Shown in pieces: positions 56,410-59,782 of a stretch of 59,782 bases of DNA. The notes below the pieces were generated by a model. The model was not told where the DNA came from. It saw only the letters and a list, made by a program, of their open reading frames with translations, and made no database searches. Within the stretch, counting starts at the first letter, position 1; each line of letters starts with the position of its first letter. A program made the position numbers and the translations under genes. Where the stretch lies: the IMG/VR virus record IMGVR_UViG_3300031999_000023, positions 1 to 59,782 of that record; one strand, given 5' to 3'. The stretch comes from a virus (taxonomy: Duplodnaviria; Caudoviricetes).

Positions 56410-56524
56410 CCAGCAGGGGCGGGCAAATCGGTTAATTTGCAGGGCGAAAAAGGCACATCTCTTAACTTTTCTTTTTAGCCTGCGATGTAAGTCCCTGGGC
56501 CACCACGCCGCCGCCCCTTGCTGG
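56410..56524 (-). ncRNA. Structured small RNA candidate (GGGGCGG-stem family)
   Basis: CCAGCAAGGGGCGGCGGCG...TGCCCGCCCCTGCTGG-TTTTT. Confidence 0.5.
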
Positions 56525-56543
56525 CATATTCACTTGTCAAAAT

Positions 56544-56678
56544 TGACCGAGATGAGATTCGAACTCACGCAGATAAGCTACTACCCTTATCTTGGTACTG
56601 TCACAATCCATTAGTAAGATGAACTATCGTACTCGCCGCCGGCGTAAGCCGGCCGCTCTGCCGCTGAGCTACTCGGCC
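56544..56678 (-). ncRNA. tRNA-like RNA with oversized variable region
   Basis: Acceptor GGCCGAG/CTCGGTC, D-arm GCTC-AGCGGCA-GAGC, T-arm GTGAG-TTCGAAT-CTCAT; 6-nt anticodon loop and ~65-nt insert. Confidence 0.75.
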
Positions 56679-56683
56679 CATAT

Positions 56684-57066
56684 TCATTTGTAAAATAGCC
56701 CGTTAGCCGCCGGGTCGCTCATCATTCCGGCTCTTGGGTTTTCTCTTTGAACTACAACATTCTTAACACCGAAATTTAGAGCCTCAGTATGGGTCGGAAA
56801 ATAGGCATCAAGTCTGTTTCCTTTGATTGCCCCGCCTCGGTCGAGTACAGGCACCGGCTGATTGTTCGCATATCCCGGAACGATCAGCATGGTCCCGAAT
56901 GGAACATCTTTGGAAGCCGCTACAAATTTATCTCCCGGCCGGATAACGTGACCGGAAGCCGTTCGTCTCGGATATATACTTGCCCATCGGCCACAGCATT
57001 TGGTCAGGTGCAGGGACAATATGCGGTTACTCTAAATACTTGAGTAATGCACTTCTGTCCCTGCAT
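56684..57066 (-). CDS. 3D-domain (MltA-like) protein broken by a 5-nt insertion containing TGA
   Basis: FRVTAYCPCT* then, in another frame, TKCCG...TASG...PFGT...VLDRGGAIKGNRLDAYFPTHTEALNFG. Confidence 0.75.
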
Positions 57067-57595
57067 ATGCCCTTTCTTGGTTTCGTTTTCTTGAGGCAAC
57101 TCGCTTCTTAATGGATGCTGGACTGTCTTTGGGGTGCGTTCCATTGAATAAGTCATTATGATATTTGACATGAGCAGAATTACTGCCAAACAAGATAAGG
57201 TTGTCTGCCCTATTGTCCGTTCTCTTGCCGTTCTTGTGATGTACACTTTCTGTTCCTTTCAATTTACGCCCCAGGATTTGCTCCATAACCAAACGATGTT
57301 TGAGTTCGTATTTCTTAGCGGCGACTTTTATATACACATATCCATTAGAACCGACATATTCAGCGCCTATTCTGAGCCGAGCAGCATAGCAGCATTGATT
57401 CGAGCAGTATTTTTTTCGTTCCGATTTTTGGGCTGGGCGCAGAAAGCCTGTTCCGCAAAAAGCGCACTTGACTCGCACTTGCTTTGCTTTGTGATCAATC
57501 TGATAGCATGACCAACTACAATAACGAGGACGCCGACGATAATTTTCCTTCGGAATAACTGTGCCGCATATCTTGCAAAAATATATCTCAATCAT
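57032..57595 (-). CDS. HNH endonuclease with zinc-finger repeats
   Basis: YCSWSC/YCSNQC repeats; HRLVMEQILGRKL...VHHKNGKRTDNRADNL. Confidence 0.88.
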   Translation of the reverse strand: MIEIYFCKICGTVIPKENYRRRPRYCSWSCYQIDHKAKQVRVKCAFCGTGFLRPAQKSERKKYCSNQCCYAARLRIGAEYVGSNGYVYIKVAAKKYELKHRLVMEQILGRKLKGTESVHHKNGKRTDNRADNLILFGSNSAHVKYHNDLFNGTHPKDSPASIKKRVASRKRNQERAYAGTEVHYSSI

Positions 57596-57764
57596 GTGCT
57601 ATTCCTTTTGTAATAAAAGACTCCGGCGAACTGGCCACGCTGGCCGGCGGAAATGTCTCGCCGAAATCTCCGGTATGAATGTTCTCTTGATACCAGATGT
57701 GGGACGTGAAACCGATTACGGTTCCACTGATTAAAGTCAGGATGAACTCGATGACATCTTTCAT
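57588..57764 (-). CDS. 58-aa TM-plus-linker ORF, probable original N-terminus of the 3D protein
   Basis: GAGAGG RBS then MKDVIEFILTLISGTVIGFTSHIWYQ...PPASVASSPES; overlaps the HNH start. Confidence 0.55.
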   Translation of the reverse strand: MKDVIEFILTLISGTVIGFTSHIWYQENIHTGDFGETFPPASVASSPESFITKGIAHD

Positions 57765-57780
57765 GACTTACCTCTCTTTC

Positions 57781-58065
57781 TTAAAAACGGGCGCCGGGGG
57801 CCTCCACCATGTTGCCCCTTGCTTTCGCATCCAACCTGCAAGTCGGCACCTGTCGCGCGATGATGTTGATCCAGTTGACAAACTCATCGCACTTCAAAAA
57901 TATACGTCCGCCTACTCGATAGAACCTCACGCCCATTCCCGGCTGACGGCGAAAGTTGTAGATCGTCGTAACCGGCAGGCCCGTAATCTCGGCAGCCTTC
58001 TTGATAGTCAACAGTCCGCCAGGGTTAATATTTTTTGGCAACTGGATTAAATTTTTTCTTGACAT
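57781..58065 (-). CDS. Excisionase-like HTH protein
   Basis: LLTIKKAAEITGLPVTTIY...YRVGGRIF...FVNWI. Confidence 0.8.
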   Translation of the reverse strand: MSRKNLIQLPKNINPGGLLTIKKAAEITGLPVTTIYNFRRQPGMGVRFYRVGGRIFLKCDEFVNWINIIARQVPTCRLDAKARGNMVEAPGARF

Positions 58066-58131
58066 TGGTTCGCCTTTATGCTACTTTGTCCGTTATGTCA
58101 TTGATGCGTAAGAACTCGGACATGGAGGTTC

Positions 58132-58233
58132 CTACGGTTTTCTGTATACCTTGCAACAAATACATAACAACGCAACGGCGATTGTTGTATGCGCGAACAA
58201 ATTCAAAATTGCTATCCAAAATTCAACTGACAT
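58132..58233 (-). CDS. 33-aa hydrophobic peptide
   Basis: GAAAGGG RBS then MSVEFWIAILNLFAHTTIAVALLCICCKVYRKP. Confidence 0.5.
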   Translation of the reverse strand: MSVEFWIAILNLFAHTTIAVALLCICCKVYRKP

Positions 58234-58235
58234 TT

Positions 58236-58778
58236 TTAGACCCTTTCAAAAACGGTTGCGGGGCACCGTGCGCTGTGAACAACAGTGCCCCGCGTCTTAA
58301 GAGGAGAATGTGCAAAATTCAACAGGGCGAATTCGCCGAAATATTCTTTGGCCGCTGCGTCGTAGGCTTTGGCGGCTTCGACCTCAGATGTGAAAAGGCC
58401 GAGGTATTTATGTCCGATTTGTGTTTGCCACTTGTTACATCTTTTATGCCAACGAACTCCCTTAAATTGAGAAGAATGGTTTTTCTGTAAACTCTTATTT
58501 TGTTGGTTCTGTGAATGAGTACATATTCTTATATTATCTTGTCGATTATCGAGGCCGTTATGATTTTTGTGGTCTGTTTCTCGTTTATCACCTGGTTCCA
58601 AACCAAGAATAACTCGGTGCATCGAAATAGTTGTATAACTACCATTACGAGAAATACCTCGCACTGCGTACCATGTATTGTGGTCTTTTATGGCGTGCCA
58701 TTTGTATTGATTCAACCATTCATAATCGGCGTCATCAACCAGTGCAACCTTGCCCTGTGTCAGTTGTATAGTTTTCAT
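58236..58778 (-). CDS. HNH-AP2 endonuclease
   Basis: IQLTQGKVALVDDAD...DHKNHNGLDNRQDNIR...SQFKGV...FGEFALLNF. Confidence 0.9.
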   Translation of the reverse strand: MKTIQLTQGKVALVDDADYEWLNQYKWHAIKDHNTWYAVRGISRNGSYTTISMHRVILGLEPGDKRETDHKNHNGLDNRQDNIRICTHSQNQQNKSLQKNHSSQFKGVRWHKRCNKWQTQIGHKYLGLFTSEVEAAKAYDAAAKEYFGEFALLNFAHSPLKTRGTVVHSARCPATVFERV

Positions 58779-58871
58779 GTTGCGACTCCTTTCAAAAAGG
58801 TCGCGGGTCGTCTTGAGGATGTTCTGCGAGCGAGGGTGACGACCCGCAACTGGAGGAGATTTGATGCAAAA

Positions 58872-59014
58872 TTAAAAAGGCCCGTTCTGCCGACCACAAA
58901 TCTGACGCTAATCGAGATGAGCATGGCAAGCAAGGAACGGGCCGGGACAGCAATCAAGGACGGCCTTTTGGTGGAAAGCTTATTTAACAAGTTGGTATTG
59001 ATTAGCGTCATGCC
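58872..59014 (-). promoter_or_regulatory. Structured attenuator-like leader of the early operon
   Basis: 5' TGACGCTAATC is complementary to GATTAGCGTCA in the loop of the GGCCCGTTC/GAACGGGCC-TTTTT hairpin. Confidence 0.55.
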
Positions 59015-59017
59015 TAT

Positions 59018-59046
59018 ATATTACGGCTATAAATATATAGTGTCAA
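59018..59046 (-). promoter_or_regulatory. Leftward early sigma70-type promoter
   Basis: TTGACA-17-TAATAT. Confidence 0.75.
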
Positions 59047-59148
59047 TAGGCAATTATAGTTTTTATAGAAAATTCTTTTTTCAATAGCCATAACATATTA
59101 TGGAATAAGGACTTGCGGAAGTGAGTTTTTTTGTCAGAATAAAAAATT

Positions 59149-59466
59149 ATGAGTAAGAAAGATCAGACGACTGTTAATTTGTCCGAAAAGGCGCAGGCGA
59201 TTAAGGATGATTTAGCCCCCCTTTTCGGCTTGAAGAATATCCTGTCCGCCGGGTTAATCCTGTTCGGAAATCTGACGTCGGATCAGCAGAAACGGGCAAT
59301 AGCCGAGAGCAACGGCGCGGAACCTGAAACTATGCCGCCGGCAACGAATCGTGCCCAACGGATTGGACAACTTTTGGATGAATTCCGTAATCTTGCTTTA
59401 TCCGAAGAAGCTCCGGAATTGAAAGTTCCCGCCAGAAGGGGCGTAAAGAAAGTTGCAGGTCATTGA
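59149..59466 (+). CDS. Putative repressor (ribbon-helix-helix-like N-terminus)
   Basis: QTTVNLSEKAQAIKDDL; divergent from the early promoter and co-oriented with int. Confidence 0.55.
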   Translation: MSKKDQTTVNLSEKAQAIKDDLAPLFGLKNILSAGLILFGNLTSDQQKRAIAESNGAEPETMPPATNRAQRIGQLLDEFRNLALSEEAPELKVPARRGVKKVAGH

Positions 59467-59655
59467 TGATTTTTTCCTTATGCAAATCGACGATGCGAGC
59501 CCGTGCCATGAAATTTCTCCTAAAAAGTTTTTCCAGACTTCCAATTGATTCTAAGAGTATAGCGATGGCCGATGGAAATTATTACCTATAAATTTTGGAT
59601 TTTTGTAAATATTTTGAAAATACGTATTTACCGAAGTTTTCTTGAGAGGAAGAGC

Positions 59656-59782
59656 TATGGTGGACGTAATGATCATAATCTCGCTTTTAGCATTGGCGGC
59701 AGCAGACCTATGGCAATATCTGGCAAACCATCGATAGGCAGAGACATCAGGGTCGCATCAGGGTCGCATCACCAGACGAAAC
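59656..59782. repeat. Terminal overlap (identical to 1..127)
   Basis: Exact match to the window start. Confidence 0.95.
59657..59737 (+). CDS. 26-aa hydrophobic peptide (also seen at 2..82)
   Basis: GAGAGGA RBS then MVDVMIIISLLALAAADLWQYLANHR. Confidence 0.4.
   Translation: MVDVMIIISLLALAAADLWQYLANHR

Noticed and set aside
50219-56540. TTGACA in the repeated motif as sigma70 -35 boxes
   Set aside because: No -10-like hexamer about 17 nt downstream in any of the three copies.
40446-57066. Genome-wide UGA reassignment
   Set aside because: Many genes end in TGA with ATGA coupling, and the 3D break also needs a frame change.
57067-57246. Overprinted TM N-terminus for the 3D protein inside the HNH gene
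   Set aside because: The frame is open and mildly hydrophobic, but ATG 57066 has the better RBS; chance cannot be excluded.
42010-57595. Group I introns housing the HNH genes
   Set aside because: The HNH ORFs fill almost the whole inserts, leaving no room for a ribozyme core, and splicing them out would not remove the TGAC inserts.

Overview
The window is a complete, circularly assembled temperate phage genome of about 59,655 bp; the first and last 127 nt are identical, which is assembler overlap. The architecture is podovirus-like: TerS, TerL, portal, scaffold, N4-gp56-type major capsid protein, adaptor, nozzle, fibres, ejection proteins and a 2276-aa polyvalent protein. It also has a tyrosine integrase with an attP that carries the 5' half of tRNA-Arg(CCT), and a leftward early/replication arm (YqaJ, RecT-like, SbcC-like ATPase, HD hydrolase, initiator, RusA, three DNA methyltransferases, five HNH endonucleases). 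The host is not determinable directly; Planctomycetota (Phycisphaerae-like) is a tentative inference. Highlights: (1) nearly every fibre/decoration gene has a Sec or lipoprotein signal peptide, and no canonical endolysin is visible, which suggests extracytoplasmic virion maturation. (2) Two zinc-finger HNH genes each split a gene, supply a new start, and are followed by a 5-6 nt UGAC micro-insertion inside that gene's conserved motif, a candidate stop-hop/bypass homing element. (3) A dispersed set of tRNA-like small RNAs has shared termini, unrelated cores and boxA-like upstream motifs. (4) Two promoter leaders have 5' ends complementary to the loop of their own terminator. All functional calls come from motif recognition by eye; no database search was run.
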